Of a stretch of 55,115 nt of DNA, positions 47,357-55,115 are shown piece by piece. Location of the stretch: the NCBI GenBank assembly GCA_030669305.1, contig DAOVDU010000004.1:1-55115 (forward strand), written 5' to 3'. Below the pieces are notes generated by a model. The model did no database searches, was not told the origin of the DNA, and worked only from the letters and a program-made list of their open reading frames with translations. This stretch comes from Candidatus Aminicenantes bacterium. Its GTDB lineage: Bacteria > Acidobacteriota > Aminicenantia > Aminicenantales > Aminicenantaceae. How positions within the stretch are numbered: position 1 is the stretch's first letter; each line of letters opens with the position of its first letter. A program made the position numbers and the translations under genes.

Positions 47357-47493
47357 GGTTTAAGGTTTAAAGTTGAAGGTTTAATGAAAATTATGAGTAG
47401 TGAATATTACTCTCAAACTTATTTTTGTCTCCAAAATTTCAAAACGGATTAGATGAATTTCTTGCCTTAAACATTAAACGTTCAACTTTAAAC
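47357..47493. repeat. Heptamer palindrome, copy E
   Basis: GGTTTAAGGTTTAAAGTTGAAGGTTTAA ... CCTTAAACATTAAACGTTCAACTTTAAAC, located between fabF and etfB. Confidence 0.85.
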
Positions 47494-47506
47494 GATGATA
47501 TTTAAT

Positions 47507-48781
47507 CTATTCTTCAAATCTCTTCAAAAGAAGAGTTCCATTCGTCCCGCCAAATCCAAAAGAATTACTTAAGGCATAAATGATCTCCGCTGTGCGGGCT
47601 TTATTGGGAACATAGTCCAGGTCACAGTCAGGGTCAGGGTATTCATAATTAATTGTTGGAGGCATGATTTGATTTTTCAGACAAAGGGCTGAAATCGCAG
47701 CCTCGAAGCTTCCTGCAGCACCCAGGAGATGTCCAGTCATTGACTTAGTCGAATTTACACATATCTTGTACGCATGGTCTTTGAAAACCCTTTTTATGGC
47801 CAACGTCTCGATTCTGTCGTTATGAGGAGTGGAGGTACCATGAGCATTTATATAATTTACTTCTCTGGGCTGAATACAAGCATCCTTGATAGCTCTTTTC
47901 ATCGCCAGGTAGGCCCCCTCTCCATCCAGACAAGGAGCAGAAACATGATAAGCATCTCCGCTCATCCCGTATCCGACGATCTCTGCGTATATTCTAGCCC
48001 CTCGCTTTAAAGCTGTACTAAAATCTTCAAGAACAAGAATAGCGGCTCCCTCTCCTATAACAAATCCATCCCTCTGTACATCGAAAGGGCGGGAAGCTTT
48101 ATGAGGTTCATCGTTTCTCATAGAAAGGGCACGCATAGAACAAAAACCTGCAAGCCCGAGCGGAGTAATTGTGGCTTCTGCCCCACCAGCAAGCATGATA
48201 TCAGCATCTCCTCTGGCGATAATCCGATAGGAATCACCAACGCTATGGGCACTGGTAGAACAGGAGGTTGAAGTAGCTAAATTAGGGCCTTTCGCCTTGT
48301 ATCTTATAGAGATCCAGCCTGAAGCTTCATTAATTATGGATGAAACTAAAAAAAACGGCGAAACTCGACTTGGACCTTTTTCGAGCAATTTTTTATGTGT
48401 TTCCTCGATAGTACCAATACCTCCTATCCCTGAGCCCACATAAACACCTGTTCTTTCTCCCTCCAAAAGTGCAGGCTTAATGAATGAATCTTCTGCCGCT
48501 AACTGAGCAGCAGAAACAGCATACTGGATGAAAGGATCCATCTTCCGGATCTCCTTTTTTTCGATAAAATCGAGAGGGTCGAAGTCTTTGACTTCTCCTG
48601 CAATTTTAGAAGAATAACCGGAAGTATCAAACTTGGAGATAAGGGCAATTCCTCCTCTGCCTTCTAAAGCCGCCTTCCAATTCTTCTCAATGCCAACTCC
48701 TAAGGGGGAAACTATACCAATGCCTGTAATAGCTACGCGCCTCGAAGGGACTACTTTTCTTGAGGAAAGGGGGATTCCCAT
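47507..48781 (-). CDS. fabF: 3-oxoacyl-ACP synthase II
   Basis: TSCS (catalytic Cys), NAHGTST, KSMTGHLLGAAG and SNSFGFGG. Confidence 0.96.
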   Translation of the reverse strand: MGIPLSSRKVVPSRRVAITGIGIVSPLGVGIEKNWKAALEGRGGIALISKFDTSGYSSKIAGEVKDFDPLDFIEKKEIRKMDPFIQYAVSAAQLAAEDSFIKPALLEGERTGVYVGSGIGGIGTIEETHKKLLEKGPSRVSPFFLVSSIINEASGWISIRYKAKGPNLATSTSCSTSAHSVGDSYRIIARGDADIMLAGGAEATITPLGLAGFCSMRALSMRNDEPHKASRPFDVQRDGFVIGEGAAILVLEDFSTALKRGARIYAEIVGYGMSGDAYHVSAPCLDGEGAYLAMKRAIKDACIQPREVNYINAHGTSTPHNDRIETLAIKRVFKDHAYKICVNSTKSMTGHLLGAAGSFEAAISALCLKNQIMPPTINYEYPDPDCDLDYVPNKARTAEIIYALSNSFGFGGTNGTLLLKRFEE

Positions 48782-48798
48782 CTTGAACTTATATCTTT

Positions 48799-49047
48799 TT
48801 ACTTATTAGAGAGATTGCCTAAAACATAATCTATAGTCTTGCCAACGGTTGTCAATTTCTCCGCTTCTTCATCAGGAATATCCATATCAAATTCATCCTC
48901 TAAGGCCATGACCAATTCAACTGTATCTAAAGAATCTGCGCCTAAATCATCAATAAACGAGGCCTCTTCAGTAACTTGGTCCTCACCGATGCTAAGTTTG
49001 TCTGCAACGATAGCTTTTATTTTTTTCAGTAATTCTTCTCTCTCCAT
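48799..49047 (-). CDS. acpP: Acyl carrier protein
   Basis: [14 protein letters not shown]. Confidence 0.97.
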   Translation of the reverse strand: MEREELLKKIKAIVADKLSIGEDQVTEEASFIDDLGADSLDTVELVMALEDEFDMDIPDEEAEKLTTVGKTIDYVLGNLSNK

Positions 49048-49095
49048 TCTTGTCCTCCTCTATATTAGATTTGTATACAAAAACATCACAGAATG

Positions 49096-49836
49096 TTACA
49101 TAAACATTCCGCCATTTACGTTAATAACCTGGCCAGTGATATAAGCAGCCTCATCGGAAAGAAGGAATTTAACAACATGTGCAACCTCCTCAGGAGTCCC
49201 CAATCTCTTCAATGGGATGATATCAACAAAGATTTTTTTTGCTGAGTCAGAAAGATTCTCGGTCATGGGGGTAGCAATATAACCCGGCGCGACAGCATTA
49301 ACTGTTATTCCCCTGGAAGCTACTTCCCTAGCTAATGATTTTGTAAAACCAATAACACCTGCTTTTGAGGCAGAATAGTTAGTTTGTCCAGCGTTGCCCA
49401 TTAAGCCCACAACTGACGAGATATTAATGATGCGGCCGTATCGATTTTGAATCATATTCCTGATTACTGCTCTGGAAAAATTAAAAACACCCTTTAAATT
49501 GACTGTCAAAACAGCATCCCATTCTTCCTCTTTCATTCGCATCAGGAGATTATCCCTTGTAATGCCTGCATTGTTGACCAAATGATCAATTTTTTGATGA
49601 TTCTGGATAATCGCCTCCACAACTTCAGATATTTTTCCCATACTTGTAACATCAGCACAATAAACAGAAGCTTTCCCGTTGCTGGCTTTTATATTACGGG
49701 CAACTTCTTCTAATTTTTCCTTTTGAACATCAACCAGAACAACCTCTGCTCCTTCTCTAGAAAGCTCTCGGGCGATGGCTTTGCCAATCCCTTGAGATGC
49801 TCCAGTAACAATCGAAACTCTTTCAGAAAATTGCAT
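49096..49836 (-). CDS. fabG: 3-oxoacyl-ACP reductase
   Basis: TGASQGIG, NNAGITRD and NYSASK. Confidence 0.96.
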   Translation of the reverse strand: MQFSERVSIVTGASQGIGKAIARELSREGAEVVLVDVQKEKLEEVARNIKASNGKASVYCADVTSMGKISEVVEAIIQNHQKIDHLVNNAGITRDNLLMRMKEEEWDAVLTVNLKGVFNFSRAVIRNMIQNRYGRIINISSVVGLMGNAGQTNYSASKAGVIGFTKSLAREVASRGITVNAVAPGYIATPMTENLSDSAKKIFVDIIPLKRLGTPEEVAHVVKFLLSDEAAYITGQVINVNGGMFM

Positions 49837-49852
49837 TTTATGCCTTTAGATC

Positions 49853-50851
49853 CTAAATCTCTGAGAAAGCCTGTCCAATTTCCTTTTGAATTTTCTCCTG
49901 GACCTTGCCCACCACAAAATCCTTTGCTAATTTCACTGCATTCTTTACTGCAGTTGGGTTTGAACGTCCATGGCCAATGATACAGGCTCCGTTTAACCCC
50001 AGCAAATGAGCCCCTCCATACTCTGAATAATCCACTTTTTTATAGAGTTTTTTCAAATTTCTCTTCATTAAAATAAATCCGATTTTAGAGAAAATATTCT
50101 TCATGATTTCAGTACGAGCCATTTTAAAAAAAGTCTCAACAACTCCTTCGCTAGCTTTTAAGGCAATATTCCCTGTAAAGCCATCGCTTACAATAACATC
50201 CGCTTTCCCTGAATAAATATCTTTACCCTCTACATTTCCAATAAAATTCAAAGGAGAGGATTGCAGCCTTTCAAAAACTTCTTTGATAAGGTCATTTCCC
50301 TTTGTCCTTTCTTCTCCTATACTCATGAGGGCTATACGAGGATTCTTTAAACCAAGCACGCTTTCCACAAAAATCCGACCCATTATCGCAAATTGCTGGA
50401 GGTGATGGGCACTACAGTTGACACTTGCTCCAACATCTAATAGCAAAGTAAGGCCACTTAGTGCAGGAACAAGAAGAGCTAATGCAGGTTTATCCACTCC
50501 TTTTAAAGTCCCTAGTACTTTCTTTGATGTATAGACAATTGCAGCAGTATTGCCTGTGCTGACAAAAGCCTGTGCTTCTTCTTTTTTTACTAGCTGAGTC
50601 CCGATACGGATAGAAGATCTCTTCTTTCTTCTGAAAGAAAGAAGGCCTTCTCCCATGCCGATGGCCTCCGCTGCATCAATGATTGTAACCTTTGCCTTTG
50701 AGTGGTCGAGCCTGTCTAACTCTTTTTTTATAAGCGCTTCTATACCAACCAGAAGAACTTCTATTTGATTCTCCTGTGATGCCCTTACTGCTCCTTCAAC
50801 CATTACCTTGGCTCCGAAGTCTCCTCCCATTGCATCAACTGCTACTCGCAT
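49853..50851 (-). CDS. plsX: Phosphate acyltransferase
   Basis: AVDAMGGD, SDGFTGN..LK and HGRS. Confidence 0.96.
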   Translation of the reverse strand: MRVAVDAMGGDFGAKVMVEGAVRASQENQIEVLLVGIEALIKKELDRLDHSKAKVTIIDAAEAIGMGEGLLSFRRKKRSSIRIGTQLVKKEEAQAFVSTGNTAAIVYTSKKVLGTLKGVDKPALALLVPALSGLTLLLDVGASVNCSAHHLQQFAIMGRIFVESVLGLKNPRIALMSIGEERTKGNDLIKEVFERLQSSPLNFIGNVEGKDIYSGKADVIVSDGFTGNIALKASEGVVETFFKMARTEIMKNIFSKIGFILMKRNLKKLYKKVDYSEYGGAHLLGLNGACIIGHGRSNPTAVKNAVKLAKDFVVGKVQEKIQKEIGQAFSEI

Positions 50852-50863
50852 CTAATCCCCTTT

Positions 50864-51046
50864 TTAATCTTCAGCTCCTTCCATCACCTGCCGACCTTTG
50901 TAATATCCGCATTCAGGACATGCCCGGTGAGGCAATTTTGGATTTCCACAGTTGGAACATAGGGACAGAGAGGGAACCTTAAGAGCATCATGGGCTCTTC
51001 TCTTCCCTTTTCTTGAGCAAGAATGTCTCCTTTTTGGATGTGCCAT
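50864..51046 (-). CDS. rpmF: 50S ribosomal protein L32 (Zn-ribbon type)
   Basis: MAHPKRR, CSNCG..KLPHRACPECGYY. Confidence 0.96.
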   Translation of the reverse strand: MAHPKRRHSCSRKGKRRAHDALKVPSLSLCSNCGNPKLPHRACPECGYYKGRQVMEGAED

Positions 51047-51565
51047 TTATCTTTTATCTCTCAAAAAAATTTTAAGCTTCTTGAGGCGAGGGTCAGATTC
51101 ATTCTCCATACATAAACATTCACCTTTCTTGATAATTTTCCCGCAAATGGGACAGATTCCTTGACAATCTTCACTACATAAGGGTTTCACTGGAAAAGTC
51201 AGGTTCAACTGTTCCAAAACAATCTCTTTAAGGTCTATCTTTCGGGTGTAATAAAAACATTTATTCAAGTCGTCTTTATTCAATTGATCCTTTCCAGCAT
51301 CAAGTTCTTCATGAAAAGAGACAAGATCAAAACTGGAATCGATAGGAAATTCAAATGGGAGCAGGCAACGGCTGCAGACAAAACTAAGGCAAGTACGAAC
51401 TCTTCCCTTTATTAAAATTTCCTCTCCGACCTTTCTTACTGAAATTTCTGCATGCACAGGCTCACAAAATACAGCATTTTCCTCCACAAGTTCAACATTG
51501 AAGAATTCAAAGTCTCTACAAACTTTTAGCCCTTCTGAGGGCAATCTATCAATATCTATGATCAT
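51047..51565 (-). CDS. yceD: YceD/DUF177 family protein
   Basis: CSRCL and PLCSEDCQGICPICG, DPR. Lies upstream of rpmF. Confidence 0.9.
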   Translation of the reverse strand: MIIDIDRLPSEGLKVCRDFEFFNVELVEENAVFCEPVHAEISVRKVGEEILIKGRVRTCLSFVCSRCLLPFEFPIDSSFDLVSFHEELDAGKDQLNKDDLNKCFYYTRKIDLKEIVLEQLNLTFPVKPLCSEDCQGICPICGKIIKKGECLCMENESDPRLKKLKIFLRDKR

Positions 51566-51592
51566 CTTATTTCTCTTAAAAAAAGTTACCCT

Positions 51593-51620
51593 ATTATACC
51601 ATCTTGCGTTTCTTTGTCAA
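51593..51620 (-). promoter_or_regulatory. Sigma70 promoter of the yceD-rpmF-plsX-fab operon
   Basis: Minus strand reads TTGACA-16-TATAAT, with TG-n extended -10. Confidence 0.7.
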
Positions 51621-51663
51621 CAGCATAGCCTAGCAAAACAACCAGGACGGGCAAGACAAATTT

Positions 51664-51728
51664 GGTTTAAGGTTTAAGGTTTAAGGTTACAATTTCTTTC
51701 CTTAAACCTTCTACATTAAACATTCAAC
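51664..51728. repeat. Heptamer palindrome, copy F (short loop)
   Basis: GGTTTAAGGTTTAAGGTTTAAGGTT ... CCTTAAACCTTCTACATTAAACATTCAAC. Confidence 0.82.
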
Positions 51729-51812
51729 TATTTAATAGTTCTAAAATTTTGCTTTAGATCTAATTCTGGTCTTATGTCTACGTTTTCCACAATTCACCGA
51801 CCTACTATTTGC

Positions 51813-51840
51813 TTGATATCCTGACAACAAGGAGTATAAT
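51813..51840 (+). promoter_or_regulatory. Sigma70 promoter upstream of the hypothetical gene and polA
   Basis: TTGATA-16-TATAAT. Confidence 0.5.
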
Positions 51841-51866
51841 ATTGCATGTAGGGAACAGGGTTAACA

Positions 51867-52118
51867 ATGGCTGGATATAACACAGAAGTCTCACACAAAG
51901 GATCAACCTTTCACGTTCAAACACAAGACAAAGGAATAAACGCTCATTATATCGAATCTATCATCTATAAATCCGGAAAAGTTCTCTCTTCTCGAAGAAC
52001 TTTTTACACATCTTTCCTCAACAGCCTTTATCTCAAAGATAAAATCACTCAAATCATAGAAGAACAACACAAAGCAATCCTCAATGAAATATCAGAGGGC
52101 AAATTTGATCATTTATGA
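51867..52118 (+). CDS. Conserved small hypothetical protein
   Basis: GYNTEV.HKG..FHVQTQD.G...IES.IY..G pattern, resembling an uncharacterised family. Confidence 0.75.
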   Translation: MAGYNTEVSHKGSTFHVQTQDKGINAHYIESIIYKSGKVLSSRRTFYTSFLNSLYLKDKITQIIEEQHKAILNEISEGKFDHL

Positions 52119-52120
52119 TT

Positions 52121-52247
52121 TCTGTTAATCGGTTAGTCTGTTAATCGGTTAATCTGTTAGACGGTTTGTCGGTTATTTTAATTTAAATATTTAACAGATT
52201 AACTGACTAACAGATTAACTGATTAACAGACTAACTGACCAACTGAC
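52121..52247. repeat. Octamer-unit long inverted repeat (7+7 units)
   Basis: (TCTGTTAA/TCGGTTAR)x7, an AT loop, then (TTAACAGA/YTAACTGA)x7. Ends 1 nt before the polA ATG. Confidence 0.92.
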
Positions 52248-52248
52248 A

Positions 52249-54927
52249 ATGATGAAAGAAAAAAAAATTTTTTTAATCGACGGCAATTCTCTCCTTTACC
52301 GCTCTTTTTATGCCATTCAACATCTATCTACTTCTCAAGGATTTCCGACCAATGCTATTTATGGTTTCATCACCATGCTCAGAAAGTTCAAAGAGAGAGA
52401 AAAACCTCGCTACCTTGGAATAGTCTTCGACACCAAAGGGCCTACTATCCGTCACAAAGCCTTCAAAGATTATAAAGCTCACCGTAAACCGATGCCAGAG
52501 GATTTAGTCATTCAGATACCAGTCCTAAAAAAAATCATCAAAGCCATGAAAATTCCCTTTTATGAACACGAAAACTATGAAGCAGACGATGTCCTGGGGA
52601 GCCTGGCATACAAGGCCTCCGCCCAAAATATACATTCTGTCATTGTTACTAGTGATAAAGATCTGCTCCAGCTCGTCGATAAGTCAATTACTGTCTACAA
52701 CCCTAAAAAAGAAATATATCTAGACGAAAAAAAAGTAAAAGAAGACTTCGGAGTTGCCCCTTCTCAGATTGTTGATGTCCTTGCTCTATGGGGCGATCCT
52801 TCTGATAATGTTCCAGGTGTACCCGGAATTGGAGAAAAAACGTCCAAAGAGTTGATTAATCTATTCGGCTCTCTCGATAACCTGTTGAGAAACCTTGATC
52901 AAATACAAAAAAAGCGACTGCGAGAAAAAATCGAGAACAATCTGGATCAGTTAAACCTGAGCCGCCAATTAGTAACAATCTATAAAGAATTAAACATAAA
53001 ACTCAGCCTGCAAGAACTCTCTGTATCCGAGCCAAACTATAAAGAGCTGACCCAGCTCTTTCAAGAATTAGGATTTTCTTCCCTTATATCTGAATATCTG
53101 AAGAAGCCACAAGGAATTAAAAAAAAATATAACTATATCTTAGAAGAAAAATCTCTATGCAACCTGATATCTCAAATAAAAAAAGCAAAATCCGTCTCCC
53201 TCGATACTGAAACAGACAGTCCATTCCCAACACAAGCCCGGTTAGTTGGGGTGTCTTTTGCCATAATACCAGGTAAAGCTTTCTACCTTCCTCTTCGCCA
53301 TGATTACCCCAATGCCCCAAAACAAATTCCAAAAGAAAAAGCCTTCCGCCTTCTTGAAGAGATTCTTACGGACTCCAGGATAAAAAAAATAGGACAAAAC
53401 ATCAAATATGATTATATCGTTCTTAAAAGAGAAGGAATTTCTCTTCAAGGTATAGATCTAGATACAATGGTAATTTCCTATCTCTTAGAGCCAAACTGGG
53501 GAAAACACAATTTAAACAAGCTAGCCTTAACCTATCTCCAGGTCAGAACCATCCCTTACCATGATATTGTAGGGAAAGGGAAGAATGAAGTCACAATGAA
53601 TGCCGTAGATATCAAGCAGGTAGCTCCTTATGCCTGCCAGGATGCAGATGTTGCTCTTCAACTTAGCTCAATGCTCTGGCCTAACCTCCAAGAAAAAAAA
53701 CTGGACACCCTTTACAAAAAAATCGAACTCCCCCTTATTGAAGTTCTTGCTGATATGGAAATTGCAGGTGTAAGGATTGATTCTGAAGCCTTAATAAAGT
53801 TGTCTGCAGAGCTTCAGGAGGAACTTAATCGTCTAAAAAAGAAAATCTACTCATTCAGTTGTGGAGAATTCAACATCAACTCTCCACAACAGCTCGCACA
53901 TATCCTTTTCGATAAATTAAAACTTCCTCCATCCCGAAGGACAAAAATTACTAAGGGATATTCTACTGGTTTTGATGTCCTTCAAGAATTATCCAAGGAT
54001 TTTCCTATAGCTAAACATATCCTCGAATACAGGCAGCTTGCAAAACTCAAGTCAACCTATGCTGATTCTCTTCCTCTTCTTATCAACCCTGAAACAGGGA
54101 GAATTCACACTTCTTACAATCAGACAGTGGCGGCTACAGGAAGACTGTCCAGCAGTGATCCGAACCTCCAAAACATACCGGTTAGAGGGGAATGGGGACA
54201 GAGATTCCGTCAGGCTTTCATCCCTGCGCCGGACCATCTCTTTCTCTCGGCCGATTATTCGCAAATAGAACTCAGGGTTTTGGCGCATCTTTCCGAAGAT
54301 CCCGTTTTAATCGAGACTTTTCTCCACGACCGGGATATCCACCAAGAAACAGCAGATCAGGTTTTTGGAAGCTCCGCAGCTCTCTTCAAGGAGGAACAGC
54401 GCAGGAGAGCTAAGATAATCAATTTCAGTATCGTATACGGGGCATCCGCCTTTTCTCTGGCAAAAGAACTCGGGACTTCCAATTCTGAAGCCCAGAAATT
54501 TATTTATCTATATTATGAAAAATTCCCTCTAGTGAAGGAATTCCTGGAAAAGATTGTAAACGAAACAAGGGAAAAAGGATTCTCAGAAACTCTCTTTGGA
54601 AGGCAGCGGCAGGTCCCTGAGCTCAAGCATAAAGATAAATCTGTCCAACAGGCAGGACGCCGTATCGCTCTTAACACACCGATTCAAGGCACAGCTGCTG
54701 ACTTAATAAAAAAAGCAATGATCGACATCTGGCACGAGATCAGAAAGCACAATCTAAGGAGTAAAATGATTCTCCAAGTACATGATGAGCTTGTTTTCGA
54801 GGCACCAAAAGAGGAATGTGAAGAAATAGAGGCGCTAGTTAAAGAAAGAATGGAGAATGTTTTCCCCTTAAAAGTGCCTTTAAAAGTACATCTGGGATGG
54901 GGAATCAATTGGGCCGAGGCGAAATAG
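52249..54927 (+). CDS. polA: DNA polymerase I
   Basis: IDGNS 5' nuclease, DTET 3'-5' exonuclease, ADYSQIELR, RRRAK.INF and QVHDEL. Confidence 0.97.
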   Translation: MMKEKKIFLIDGNSLLYRSFYAIQHLSTSQGFPTNAIYGFITMLRKFKEREKPRYLGIVFDTKGPTIRHKAFKDYKAHRKPMPEDLVIQIPVLKKIIKAMKIPFYEHENYEADDVLGSLAYKASAQNIHSVIVTSDKDLLQLVDKSITVYNPKKEIYLDEKKVKEDFGVAPSQIVDVLALWGDPSDNVPGVPGIGEKTSKELINLFGSLDNLLRNLDQIQKKRLREKIENNLDQLNLSRQLVTIYKELNIKLSLQELSVSEPNYKELTQLFQELGFSSLISEYLKKPQGIKKKYNYILEEKSLCNLISQIKKAKSVSLDTETDSPFPTQARLVGVSFAIIPGKAFYLPLRHDYPNAPKQIPKEKAFRLLEEILTDSRIKKIGQNIKYDYIVLKREGISLQGIDLDTMVISYLLEPNWGKHNLNKLALTYLQVRTIPYHDIVGKGKNEVTMNAVDIKQVAPYACQDADVALQLSSMLWPNLQEKKLDTLYKKIELPLIEVLADMEIAGVRIDSEALIKLSAELQEELNRLKKKIYSFSCGEFNINSPQQLAHILFDKLKLPPSRRTKITKGYSTGFDVLQELSKDFPIAKHILEYRQLAKLKSTYADSLPLLINPETGRIHTSYNQTVAATGRLSSSDPNLQNIPVRGEWGQRFRQAFIPAPDHLFLSADYSQIELRVLAHLSEDPVLIETFLHDRDIHQETADQVFGSSAALFKEEQRRRAKIINFSIVYGASAFSLAKELGTSNSEAQKFIYLYYEKFPLVKEFLEKIVNETREKGFSETLFGRQRQVPELKHKDKSVQQAGRRIALNTPIQGTAADLIKKAMIDIWHEIRKHNLRSKMILQVHDELVFEAPKEECEEIEALVKERMENVFPLKVPLKVHLGWGINWAEAK

Positions 54928-54975
54928 TATCTATTAGTCGGTTAGTCTGTTTCATTTCATTGGTTTTATATTAGA

Positions 54976-55058
54976 GGATCATCTCCAAAAGAGTTGGTAG
55001 GATCATAAGGATTCAAGGGGTCAAGGGGTCAGGGATTCGAGTGAAATGCTTAAGAATT
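54976..55058 (+). repeat. 83-bp element end, second copy
   Basis: 79/83 identical to the reverse complement of 27026-27108. Confidence 0.92.
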
Positions 55059-55115
55059 ACAAAGAATTAAAAGTTTGCACAGGAGGGAATAGGAGAGGTT
55101 GAGAGGATGCTCAAA
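55046..55115 (+). pseudogene. Internally deleted four-helix-bundle (23S rRNA IVP/bAvd-like) gene remnant
   Basis: MLKNYKELKV(C), the family's N-terminal YxxLxVW motif, is joined in +1 frame to QEGIGEVERMLK, which resembles the family's last helix. The conserved SNIAEG core is missing. Confidence 0.7.

Overview
Bacterial chromosomal window from an anaerobe. Gene content and style suggest Aminicenantia/Acidobacteriota or a similar lineage; this is inference only. The left 13 kb is a redox/sulfur island in two parts. The first is a trxB-like/hdrA/thioredoxin/hdrC/hdrB cassette bracketed by a ~91-bp direct repeat of a methyltransferase gene segment. The second is arsR-dsrE-tusA-mvhD-hdrA-hdrA-fdhB-like-fdhB-like-mvhD, followed by an IscU-like gene. 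The middle holds ilvE, trmO, an exported M16 peptidase pair, a candidate ~290-nt sRNA or leader, and an arginine synthetase (ArcE-like)/carbamate kinase/OTC operon that probably starts at an ATT codon. It also holds a stand-alone GTPase-less SelB-like gene. The right half is housekeeping: rnr, coaX, birA, valS, dnaE, apgM, an amidase, DUF362 plus a polyferredoxin, etfBA, yceD-rpmF-plsX-fabG-acpP-fabF and polA. Many intergenic regions carry a recurring system of degenerate 7- and 8-nt tandem-repeat arms arranged as nested inverted repeats and mosaics. One such element is tied to an internally deleted four-helix-bundle gene. No rRNA, tRNA, CRISPR array or transposase was recognised.
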